A stretch of 64,000 nucleotides of DNA from Podarcis melisellensis (Eukaryota): the NCBI GenBank assembly GCA_964234715.1, contig OZ174275.1; one strand, given 5' to 3'. The first letter of the stretch is position 1. Each line of letters opens with the position of its first letter. Positions 37,691-48,350 of this stretch are shown here, piece after piece. Made by a program: the position numbers and the translations under genes. The notes below the pieces were generated by a model. It did not search any database, was not told the DNA's origin, and worked only from the letters and a program-made list of their open reading frames with translations.

Positions 37691-38905
37691 CCACCCACCC
37701 ACCCTGTGGTTCAGAAGCAAGTATTATGCTACTGAACGCTGTTGCTGGGTAGCAGCAAGAGGAAAGAGATACTATGGAACTCTTGTGCATTACACTTTCA
37801 CCTTCCATGCTCATCTGCACTTGTGTGATGACTACTAGTGTCTTTTCACATTGCAGTTTACTCTGCATCCAGTTTTCTAATTGGATGGCAGCTAGTCTGA
37901 GTAAAAACACGTTCAACAGCAGTATTTTTCAAGGAACAACAGAATTGATATAGATTGTGGCTAAGGTTGTGTGAATTTGGCTTCCGGAGTTTTAAATGGT
38001 CCCTGAATTTTTGGGAGATCAGCACTCTTCCCCCCACCCAAATGTAGATTTCAGACAGTGTTGGAATTTTTTCCATAGTAAGGTGCAACACACCTAACCC
38101 TGTAGACTGCTATGGAATGATAGAGTTCTGCTTAAAATCTATTAATATTTTAATTTTTGAACTGACTTGTTTACTGTGTATTTTAAAAATTGAAATTGAC
38201 AACCTGTGTGTCCGAAGTCATGTGCCTCAGAATGGGGTGTGAAAAGGTTTGCAGTATTGCTTGAGCAACTGATATGATCAGAGTTGCAAGAGAGGAAGAA
38301 CACAGGTATTAACAGTTCACAAGTTCTTCTACTTCATTCCTGGCCATTTGGGCATATTGGAAAATCTTATACACAATGTATTTATTCATTGAAGTAAAGC
38401 TAAAATAAGTCTTGGGGATTGCTGACAGTATGATGGGGGAAAGTGCTGCAGTTTAAGAATATTCTTCAGCAGAATTACATGAAGGAAAACTTGCATAGCT
38501 ATATCTTTTGTTCTGCGCACAGATTTTTTTTTCTTCTTCTTTTTCCATAAATTGTTATTAAATTTCAATACACTTAAACAATTTTATCCAAATTTCACAA
38601 ATTATCTCTTTTTGGACTTCCTTCAGCTTCTCTGATAATCATCCATATTTACCTCTTCATTACACATTCCCTTTATTTGTATTGCATAGCTATATCTTCT
38701 GCCTCAGGCTGCAGCCTTATTTTCAAGCATTACCACTAGTATTTTTAATTTTTTGCATGCTTTCTTAGGAGTACATCCCACTGAATTCATTGGGTCTTTC
38801 TTCCAAGATGACTTTAGGTTCATAGACCTTGATAGCTAGCTGCATCCTCAGAACTGTGTCTACCCCACAGAATCTGGTGCCTGACAAAGTGGAAATTCTG
38901 CTGCC

Positions 38906-39032
38906 ATGAGCCCTCCAGCTGCGAATCCCAAGATTCTGTATCGGAATTCCCGCCTTCTCCGTATGGTGTTCCTGCAGCTCCACCGGCAACAGAGAGCTGA
39001 CTTATTTTGTGATGTTGTCTTACAAGCAGAAG
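38906..39032 (+). CDS. BTBD18: BTB/POZ domain-containing protein 18, coding exon 1
   Basis: GCCATG Kozak; MSPPAANPKILYRNSRLLRMVFLQLHRQQRADLFCDVVLQAE+G (start of the BTB domain); donor G|GTAATA, phase 1; exon acceptor at 38871. Confidence 0.93.
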
Positions 39033-40210
39033 GTAATACTTAAAGCTGGGAGGGTTTAAGTTAAGGGTGCTTTGCTTCCTAACAGAGTTGGAAATTCCCA
39101 GGTGCCTGGAAATTCCTGACCAGCACTTCTGCTTTAAGGATCCAGCACCTAAAATTTTGACAGTGACTCCTAGAAATTTCAAGTATTTTTCAAGCTTAGA
39201 CTGCATGGTTAACAAAAAGGAAACATCTGCAACAATTAATTAATGATGTTTATGGCCTATTGGATGTGATAGATGGATTTCCCAGAGCCTGTTCTCAGTG
39301 TCATAGGTTCCTTAGAAACGTAGGCAGCTTTCTTGCAATGAGTAGAACCCATTGGTCCATCTAACTCAATAGTGTCTAAACTTAACTAACAGCAGCCATG
39401 GATTGAAGGGACTTTTTGCATGCAAACATGAGCCACCACTGGTTTTCTCTCCCAAAGCAGTTGACATCAATTAAACTTGTTCTGCTGGTCACTGGATAGG
39501 TGTGCTTTCCTTCTGTTCTGCAGTTCCAGGACAGCTTAACTCTCCCATTGAAATCAAGGCTTTGCAGTGCTGAACTTCGGCTGGATTATGCCTAGAGTTC
39601 TTAACCATGTGCCTCTCCAGTGTAGTGGTGTTTTTATGATAGCAAATTGTTCTTTGTTTGTAAAATGCCTGCTCACAAACAAATGTGAGTACAAATCCAC
39701 TGAGAACTTCTCCTAAGCAAACCCAGTTGAAACAAACAAGAGTATATGTGTACTGGGAAAAGTCTGTGTATGCTTATAATAACGTATAGTACATCTTATG
39801 CTGTGAATTGCTTTTTGCTAGTGCTGAAGTGCCCTCAAAGCTGAGAGGGCAGAGAACAGGGTGAGCTAAAATAACTTATTTTTTCCAACCATTCTGTTCT
39901 TTATTTTAATTGTATCATATCCAGAAGGAATTGTAAAAATAAGTTTAACAGTTTTAAATGAGCTGCTGAGGCAGACTCATAAGCAGACTGATCGTAAAAC
40001 TAAATGGTTTTATGCTATAATATGCCTCAGTATGTAAGAAGGATTAAACAGTACAGCTCTATAATTAGTCGTGAGATAACACTTGGGGAATCTCAAGAAA
40101 AATGTTTATTTAGGGGCTGGAACACTTTGGGACCAACTTCTGTCCAGAGGGTGCAAATATCTGGTTTTCTTTGTTGATACAGTACGTGCTAACAATTGTG
40201 TTGTTTCCAG

Positions 40211-42228
40211 GGGAAGCTGTTCCAGCTCACTGTTGCATTCTATCAGCCTGCAGCCCTTTCTTCACAGAGCGTTTGGAGCGAGAAATGCCCCCCAAAGGAC
40301 ACAAGGTGGTGCTAGAGATCCGGGGGCTGAAAATTGGGACTTTACGTAAGCTGGTGGATTTCCTCTACACCTCTGAGATGGAGGTATCCAGGGAAGAAGC
40401 CCAGGATGTTCTTGCAGCTGCACGGCAGCTTCAGGTGTCAGAGCTGGAGTCACTTCATCTAGAGGGAGGAAAGTTGGTCAAAAAATCCCTGGGCCCTAGA
40501 TTAAATCGGGATTGCCTACAGCTATCTAGTCCATTATCCATCCCAGAGTTAACGCTGTTGCAGTCTCCCCCTGCCTGCAGTGGTAGTTCCTTGACGTCAT
40601 GGCTGTCTTCAAATATGCAGCACACTGTAGTGAATGTTCCATGCACCAAGGAAATGGATAACAATAGCAGCATTGTCCAGAAAGCTGTCAAGAAGGAAAA
40701 ACCAGAAGCATTGACGAGTGGGAATGAAGACCAGATGCCTAAAGTTCCAGCAGTTACCGCCGAGCCCCTTAGAACTAAAGTTAAGAAACGTCTTACAGGC
40801 ATGGGAAAGAATATATTAGGCAATAATGAGCATGACAGTTTGCGGACACAGGATGGGACTGGCGATAGCCAAGCTACAACCAGCTTGCAAGAGTCAAAAA
40901 AGATTAAGCTCAGTCGCTCAAAGCTCCCCTCATCACCTTTGCCTGTACCATGTGCCATCAAAGACTCTAGCACTGTGGAATCCAGCAAACCCTCAAGGTC
41001 CAGCAGACGTCACTGGAGGCAGAAAAGTCTTCCGATCAAAGATGAGCAGAAAGAAGCAGAAGATAGCCATTTGTATGGCTTCTGGAGCCCGCCTCTCCCT
41101 CCAGAGGCTGCTAAGAGCAGAAAGCGCAACGCCAGTGAACCTTGTGTTAGCTGTCCCCAAAATGCAGGGCAGATTGGCCGTGTAAGGCTCAGAAAAGTTA
41201 TCAATGGCAGCTGCTGGGAGGTGGTGCAGGAGTCTCCCTCAGCTCAGGCCACCAGGCCAGCAAACTCTATGTGTGCTGTGAAAGAGGAGGGCTCTCGATC
41301 TCCGCCCAGGTATCCTGAGCCGGAAGGAGTAGATGCACAACAGTCAGTCACCTCAACTAGAGGGCTGCCAACAAAAATACAAAGTCCACCACTTAATGAG
41401 AAGAACCTGGGAGAACAAGCTGAGAACAAGGTATCCTTGGAAGATGGAGACCCTTATAAATTGGATCTGTTTCTGCTAGACCATCTGACTGAGGATGTGC
41501 AGTATGACAAGCTGGTTTCAGCTGGTGAGTTGGAACACATGCTTGATATGTTTCTGGCAGATGATGGTGATGCTGTTGAGGAGCCTCAAGAGGCCACTAT
41601 TCCAGAAGGCATGAATATTTTATGGCCTGCACCAGGAGCAAATGAGTGTCCACTAGAATGTGCTGAAGTTGAAAGAAAAGATATGTGCTCTCCAGAAGTC
41701 TCTGACTGTACTCTGTGGGCCAATACCAAAAACAGTCTCCTAAAAGGGGAACTGGAGGCTGTTGACATGAAGATCAGCAGAGAAGCTCATGGCTCAGCAA
41801 ATGGGAGACCCTTGCTAGACCCTGTTCCCAGCTACTTTCCATTTGTGAAGTCTGAAACCAGCAGTGACTGTTTTACCTGGTACAAACCAGCTTCTCCCCA
41901 GCTGGATGATTGGACAGCTCAGCATCAACTGTCCCTGTCAGAGACTATGCCTGCAAACCTTGGTGATCCTTTGCCCATCACTTTGGCAGACAATGAAGAC
42001 CGGGGTTTTTTGTCCTATGAAGTGGGTTTCTCTGGTGTTGAAACACAGCTCCATGCTCAGACATTGCAGAAGAGCCCTTTGCACCAGCCCTTGGGCTATA
42101 AGGTGCCTTCATGCTTGGAAGAGGAAGAGATAGATGTCGGTGGGGTAGACGAACTCTTGGTTAGCATCGAATGCGTCAGGCCAGATCCTTCTCCGGTGTC
42201 CGAAACAGAGGTGGATGTTGTGAACTAG
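40211..42228 (+). CDS. BTBD18: BTB/POZ domain-containing protein 18, coding exon 2 (714 aa total)
   Basis: Acceptor tttccag|GG; continues GEAVPAHCCILSACSPFF...LRKLVDFLYTSEMEV (BTB domain), GQIGRVRLRKVINGSCWEVVQE and ...ETEVDVVN*. 127+2018=2145 nt, in frame. Confidence 0.95.
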
Positions 42229-44376
42229 TGAATGCAGACCATGGGAAGGAGTTGCCTTGACTACCCAGGGGCTGTGAGGGGTCAGGCCTGATGTCAAAAG
42301 GTCTGCTGGTCAGGCTAAGAAGGGCCCACTGCTACCCTGCTCACCTCGGTGCCAATAGGATCCCATCAGGCATTGCTGCTACTACTTGCTACCATTGCCA
42401 TTGGCTCATTATCCCTCTCCCTGGATGTATTTATCCTGGAGGCAACAGCACTTGTGGTTAAAGAGGAGCCTCAAGCCTCTGGTGGGCAGCCGCTATGCCA
42501 AGTCTCTCAAAATGCAAAGTATGTGGGGACCTTGGGGGACATTCAGCGTCATGGCTGCCTGCTGCAGGCCAAAACTGAACTGAGACTTGGCTGAGACGTC
42601 TTCCCAACTGAAAGCGGGAAGCCTGTTGGGGATGAGTGTGTGACACAGTAAGCAGCAATGCCACACCTCATCCCCATCCCCTCTCTCTTGGGACCATCTG
42701 GACTGTTGGACTTCCTTGGTGTGGTGGTAATGGTGAGCTGCAGTGCACCCTTTAACTTAGCTCTCTCCCCTGGTTTTGCTTTCTTGCTTGCCCAGTGCAG
42801 TGCACTTCTGATTTCAGCCTGCCATGGCCTCTCTCCCACACATGACCACCCACTCCCTCATGGACACAGGTGACGATGTCAGCCTTCCTGTGATGCCTGC
42901 CAGGACAGAGAACTCAGCTGCTGAACTGAGCCTCCCCATTGCCAGGCTGCCCTGCTTGAAAAGGTGGAGAAGAAGAAACTTAACACACACTGTCATGAGA
43001 GGAGGGTGCCTCAAAGTAGGGGCAGCATCACTGTGTCAAGGTCTCATAAAAGTCTGGCCCTGTGTGGGATAGACTTCAGTGCCACACTTAAAATCCTTGA
43101 TGGGGCTGCGGTAAACAAATACATTAATAGTATCTTACAGTGCTTTTGGAGTGCTGAGGGAAAAGTGCCCCCCCGCGCAAATTTCAAGTGGTAGGAGGGG
43201 TTATTTTACTATCATCACCCCCTCAGCCTTATCTAATCATGACTGTTACGTTTGTAACTCTGTTTTCTGTACAGTGCAGGCTGGCAGGATTTCTGGTCTG
43301 CTTTATAGGATAGGTAGAAGCTAGAAACTAAAAAACTGAAACCTCTAGCAGTGGTTCTGTCAAAAAGTAAGGAAATGTTAATGGTGGGGAAAGTCCTCCT
43401 CATGCACTAAAGCTGCACATGAGCACAGTCTGTTTCAGTTCTGTTTATAGCAGGAGGGCCACCAGTTTCCCATCCTTGCTTTATATCTCTCCCCCCAACA
43501 CCCCCAATAATGGAGGGTATAGCTGCCCCAAGGTGTGAACAAAAAGGGCTTTCGAAATACACAGGAAGTGTGGCACTCACAATTCAGTGGACAAAGTCAG
43601 TTGTGCATTCTAGGGTAACCAGAGAGTGACTGTGTTCTCAGTGACTCAAACTTAGTTTGTTTGTGGCTTTAATTTTAATTTTTAATGGTAGGCAGCTAAA
43701 GCAACTTTTAGGCCTTGCTCCCTGCCCCACCCTCTTAAAACCCAATCTGGTGAACAGTTACACCAGCAGCACAACTTGGGAGTAGAAGGGACTTTACAGC
43801 ACTGGAGAAAACATGGGTGGTGGCCTACTGTTCCCACAAGCTGTGCGCACACATCAAACACTTTATCACAAAGGTCACACTGGAGCTAGAAACAGCAGCA
43901 TGACTTTTGCTGATGCCTCTCACTGCATCTGCTGTACTTTTGAGTGGGTGCTCTTTGGGCTGCACTGCAAAAGCTCGGGGCATTTATTAGAGCAGCTGCC
44001 TGGAAATGTTAAAAGCCCCTTCAAGGCTGTCTTTTCACTACTTCCGGTAGGACCGACCACTTTCACTGGCTGTTAATGCTGGCTAACCGTCTGTGGAAGC
44101 TGATTTAGTAAACAGTTACATGCCCTGCTGATTTTATTTTATTTTGTATAGAGATGGCTCTCCAAAGTCTAATAACAGGTTAAATCACTTGTTTTACATT
44201 CAAACCATTTCCCTTGTTTACAGCTTATTCAAGGAGAGGTGTATTCAAGTGCAGTGACCCATGCCGCTGTGCCAACTACTTCCTTTTGACAGCCCAAAGC
44301 TCTCAATGTACAGAAAACAATCTGAAGAGTAGATGGCACAAAGGCCATAAGAAATGTTGAGTTGTGACTTTGTTCA

Positions 44377-44676
44377 ATTAAAGTTCCTATATTTCCCCCC
44401 AAGTCGTCTTTATTTTGTTTAAATTTATGGCAGGTTATGTTTTAGTTGCAGCACTGGTAGAAAAGAAACAAATTGCACACAAGAAGCTTGTTAGAAACAG
44501 GATGAGGGGGAAACTGATATTACAGAAGAATCATCATCTAGAAAGGAAGTTACTGCAGAATATATATAGGCAGATCATGGCACCAGATTTGGTGCTTTCA
44601 GGCTAGAACAAAATGGAAAGGGCTCCAGAGATTTACAAATGACATCCTTTTTGCAGTCAATGAACAAGATAATAAA
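44377..44676 (+). terminator. BTBD18: Candidate BTBD18 polyadenylation signals (ATTAAA 44377-44382; AATAAA 44671-44676)
   Basis: Hexamers about 2.1-2.4 kb downstream of the stop; T-rich sequence follows the first. Which one is used cannot be told from sequence. Confidence 0.4.
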
Positions 44677-45153
44677 GTATGCTGAATGTTAAGGTAGGTT
44701 TGCAAAAACCCTGTGCATTTGCACAGGATTGTGATAACAGTGGCAAGTCCTTCCAGCTTCCAACAGCTAAGACATGCCACACTGATTTTTATGCTGCTTA
44801 AGGAAAGATGAGGGCTTCACTACTGCCATTGATCCAGAAGAACCACTTTTATTTAGGGGCTTCTCCACACTTACTGCTTACCCCATACTTTCTAAATGGT
44901 TCTGTTTGCCCCACCACTTTCCCCAGGAAAACCTGTTTAATGCCAAATTGGAAAAAACATCTATCTGCAGAAAACTCAATTGATGACAAGTTTTTTCCAG
45001 GGGAAATAGCAGGACAAGTGGAAGTGTAGACTGGGCCTTAGTGAAGCTGTAGCACATGCTGCACTAAGGTTTGTCTGGTCAGATACTGTCCTGACTGAAC
45101 AGAATTAAGAAATATATAAGAATTAAAGTATAAGGCAGGACAATAGTTAAAGC

Positions 45154-45159
45154 TTTATT
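45154..45159 (-). terminator. SELENOH: SELENOH polyadenylation signal AATAAA
   Basis: AATAAA on the minus strand about 95 nt downstream of the SECIS. Confidence 0.7.
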
Positions 45160-45252
45160 GAAAAGCAATATACGCCCATCCCCAAATGACTAACAAAGCA
45201 AAACCGTAAAGGGATCAGGAAACAAGCAGCTGGTACGTTCTTCCTTTTGTGG

Positions 45253-45338
45253 AGGAGGGGCAGCAGCTTCAGAGATGCGACTGGAGTTTCTTTATATACC
45301 CCACTTAATCATATCCCATCATGGATGCTCCACCTCTC
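45253..45338 (-). promoter_or_regulatory. SELENOH: SECIS element (type II) in SELENOH 3'UTR
   Basis: Minus strand: helix I AGCA/UGCU; core AUGA-U (45322-45318) opposite U-GA (45271-45269); helix II GGGAUAUGAUU/AGUCGCAUCUC (10 of 11 paired incl. GU); unpaired AA (45306-45305); apical mini-stem GGGGU/ACUCC. Confidence 0.9.
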
Positions 45339-45973
45339 ACACAGGACAAAGTGTTCATCAGCTGTGCTAGATGCAAGGACAGACAGCCATTAGCTACAGA
45401 TCTTGCTCAGTAGAAAGAAAGCTAATGCACCATTCATATACTATGCTGAGTAGCTGGGGGGGGCATGCTCTTGATTTCAATCCCATCCCTTTCTCAGGAG
45501 ATGGCAGCACAGATGGATAGCACAGCTATGATCCAAGATTCCCAGAGCTGAAAGGGAGGGGGCACCCTTTCCCTCTCCCTTACTGCCACCTCCACACCCA
45601 TATGTAATTAGGCCAGTGGCTGTATATTGCCAACCTGTGCTGTAGGTGATAGTTACAAGAGGGATGGATGGATGAGCAGTCCTCGAAGTATGTGACTTAA
45701 TGATGGGAGCAATTAATTTGCCTTTCTTTCCAATTCATCCTCTACCCAGCGGGGGGATGGGGGGGACACAACAACAGAGAGACCACAAAAGAATGACTAG
45801 CTTTTAGTCCTATTTCTTGCTCCAGCCAGGCAGTAATCATTTAAAACTACATGGGAATTGGGGTGGTGGTGGTGAGGCCAGCCCAATAAGGCACTGACGT
45901 CCAGCAGATCTTGGAGAATACAGCTGCTACATTGTACAAACCTACCATTGGTAATCCTGCCCAGTTGTTGGCT

Positions 45974-46074
45974 TTATTCTAGGTTGCCCTTCAGCATTTC
46001 AACCACCTTGTTTGGTTCGGGAAACTTGAGCTTCCGTGGTGGCCCTTTCTTGAGGCCGCTCCATAACTCCACCT
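45974..46074 (-). CDS. SELENOH: Selenoprotein H, coding exon 3
   Basis: Acceptor ttttttag|AG; (K)VELWSGLKKGPPRKLKFPEPNKVVEMLKGNLE*, the hallmark SELENOH C-terminus. Confidence 0.95.
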
Positions 46075-47647
46075 CTAAAAAACCCAATAAAGACAAAATC
46101 AATAAAGATAGAAGACAACTCACTAGCAGCATTTCTATTGTGTTATTTCCAGTCAGCCACAAGCACGCAGCCAAGACGCCATGTCCCTCTGCTGGCTTGT
46201 AGGTAGGGTTGTGTGCATTCATTAAACTACTGGTTGCTCTCACAAATAACTGGACATAGCAGTAGCTGAGCAAGTTACATCTCCAGTTGCCCAAGATCTC
46301 ACACGTTGAGCTAGTTCTACAGCTGAGCTTATGTGTGGAGTGGTGGAAAGAGAAACGGAATCTAAAGATGGGATGACTGGGCTAAAGCTCGATCAAAGAG
46401 CTGCTATGTAGGTCTTGCCAAACATTCAGCCCAGTGTCCTGCTCCAGTTCAGAGAAACCCTGTGAGCAAGGCTCCAGGTGATAACTGGAGCAGCTAATGA
46501 TGCTGGAAGTTGTGCAAGCCACCTCTCTTGGCACTGCCTGCCCACTCATCTTCCAGCAGCAACTAGCTTCTTGGACTTGCAGCAGCAAAGGGGAGTAAGG
46601 GATAAATAAGGTAGAAAGCACAACAGAACTGGAAGGGGAACCTCAGAATATGGCTATGGTATCTGGTTGAAACCTCAGCTAGCCCAGCTTTTTGATACGC
46701 TAGAGAGAATGACCTGGAAGTAGGTAAGTCAGGGGTGGGGAACTGTGGCCTTCCAGATGTTGTTAAGACTTCAGCCACTCTGGCCCATGGTCTGGGATTA
46801 TGGGATTTTAGCCCAGCAACATCTGGTGGGCATGGATTGTCCACATCTGGTTTCCTTTTTATGCCAGCACACCCACTCTCTGTACTGTGTCACTGTTGAA
46901 GGTTGGAGGAGTATTTACTGAATCCATCAAATCTAATAAACTGTCACAGGCACCAGAAAAATAACCATTTCACCTGGGGTGGGGGGGTCTGGCAATTATT
47001 AGATCCTGCCACCAAACAGTTACAACATTATCAGACACATTCTGAAGCAGACAAAGACTACAGATAAAACATCTGACCGCCTCACCCCACTCCCGAAACA
47101 GGCAACCTCTCCTAACAAAAAACACACAACCCTCAAATTTAAAACTAATTAAAAATTAGGAGAAGCAGAGGATTTTGGTTGGTGCTAAGTGGTGCCCTCA
47201 GATGTCACACTAGGGATCCCAGCACTAAGATGTTCAGCTGCTGAAGTTTCAGCCTCAAATTTCTAGTTATGTACATTCTGATGCGTACATACAGGGAACC
47301 ACAGCTACTATTTATGGTCACACAGCCATCCCCCACCCCCAAATTCTATGGCACAAACCACAGCTGGGGAGAGATACAGAGTGCTTTCTGATTTGCAGTG
47401 GGATATGGAGAAGAGCACAAGGCAGCCTAATTGCTTTTTGTACTTGGGCACCCTTATGGCTTGGTGAGTGGATTTGTGAACATCCGGTCACACATATTCT
47501 AGGCAGATGAAAACTACACCAAGAACTCACTGGCGAAGGTTTCTCTACCAAGCTATATTTGGGGTACCACTAACCCCAAATAGATACGGCAACTCTAGGA
47601 AGGTCCCTACTGTCTCTCACTGAAAAGCCTCCCTTGAAAGCACTTAC

Positions 47648-47793
47648 TGGTGCCATCTTCTTTCCACAAAGCAACCTCAAAGCTATTCCTGCGCGGTTTC
47701 TCAGGGTTCACCATCACCACGATGTCAGGAAAGGTCTGGTGCAGTGCCTCGCTGACTGCGTCGGCACTGCGCCCATAGACTCGTCAGCTTTTA
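47648..47793 (-). CDS. SELENOH: Selenoprotein H, coding exon 2, contains Sec UGA at 47786-47784
   Basis: Acceptor ttccacag|T; (C)KSURVYGRSADAVSEALHQTFPDIVVMVNPEKPRRNSFEVALWKEDGT; CxxU redox motif; donor A|GTAAGT; 146 nt. Missed by the ORF track because of the in-frame TGA. Confidence 0.95.
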
Positions 47794-48065
47794 CTGTGGA
47801 ATGAAGAAAAGCTTTCAGAGAACCACCTGAACTGTGATTTGAAAGTCTCTGTTGAACCCATACAGGCCCAAAGCAATGAATGGCTTGACTACATGGAAGA
47901 AAGCACAACCCCACCAGTGTTCAGAGAGTTCAGCCCAGACTTCCCATTCCGTTTTCTACTCCATAGGAGAGATGCAGTATTTAGGGATGAGATTTCCTGT
48001 TCAAAAATGTGTTCTTACTAGAGCTGTGGCAATACTCAAGTTAAAAAATAATCAATTATAGATTT

Positions 48066-48066
<1 letters not shown>

Positions 48067-48146
<80 letters not shown>
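48067..48146. repeat. (GT)n(AT)n compound microsatellite; second (AT)n block at 48351-48371
   Basis: Direct reading. Confidence 0.95.
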
Positions 48147-48149
<3 letters not shown>

Positions 48150-48350
48150 GGTTTTGGTGTCCTCGGGTGTCTTCCCGTGTAAAAGTTGGGGTGTCTGGGC
48201 GACGTTTCGACGAGGTCTCACTCGTCATCTTCAGGCTGATGACGAGTGAGACCTCGTCGAAACGTCGCCCAGACACCCCAACTTTTACACGGGAAGACAC
48301 CCGAGGACACCAAAACCTGCATTCCTGTACCCGTGAAAATCTACGAAAGC
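48145..48350. mobile_element. Penelope-like retroelement (PLE) inverted pLTR fragment: perfect 85-bp inverted repeat plus 28-nt tail, within (AT)n
   Basis: Arms 48145-48229 and 48238-48322 are exact reverse complements with an 8-nt spacer. Contains CTGAAGA-T-GACGAG/CTCGTC-GAAACGTC (minimal hammerhead typical of PLE pLTRs). Tail ...CCGTGAAAATCTACGAAAGC. (AT)n on both sides; CpGs intact. Confidence 0.75.
48201..48234 (-). ncRNA. Minimal type I hammerhead ribozyme core (stem I truncated)
   Basis: CUGAAGA, one extra U, 6-bp stem II GACGAG/CUCGUC with UGAGAC loop, GAAA, loopless palindromic stem III (ACGU), GUC cleavage triplet. Only about 2 bp of stem I remain. Confidence 0.65.

Larger units (their letters stand above)
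45135..45366 (-). other. SELENOH: SELENOH terminal non-coding (3'UTR) exon carrying the SECIS
   Basis: Donor CAATG|GTAGGT at 45946/45945, 28 nt after the stop. Candidate acceptor GCTAAT-ggctgtctgtccttgcatctag|45366 (branch point plus pyrimidine tract). Boundaries inferred. Confidence 0.6.

Noticed and set aside
40171-40210. N-terminus MLIQYVLTIVLFP of the 685-aa ORF
   Set aside because: Intronic branch point and pyrimidine tract; the true start is ATG 38906 in the upstream exon.
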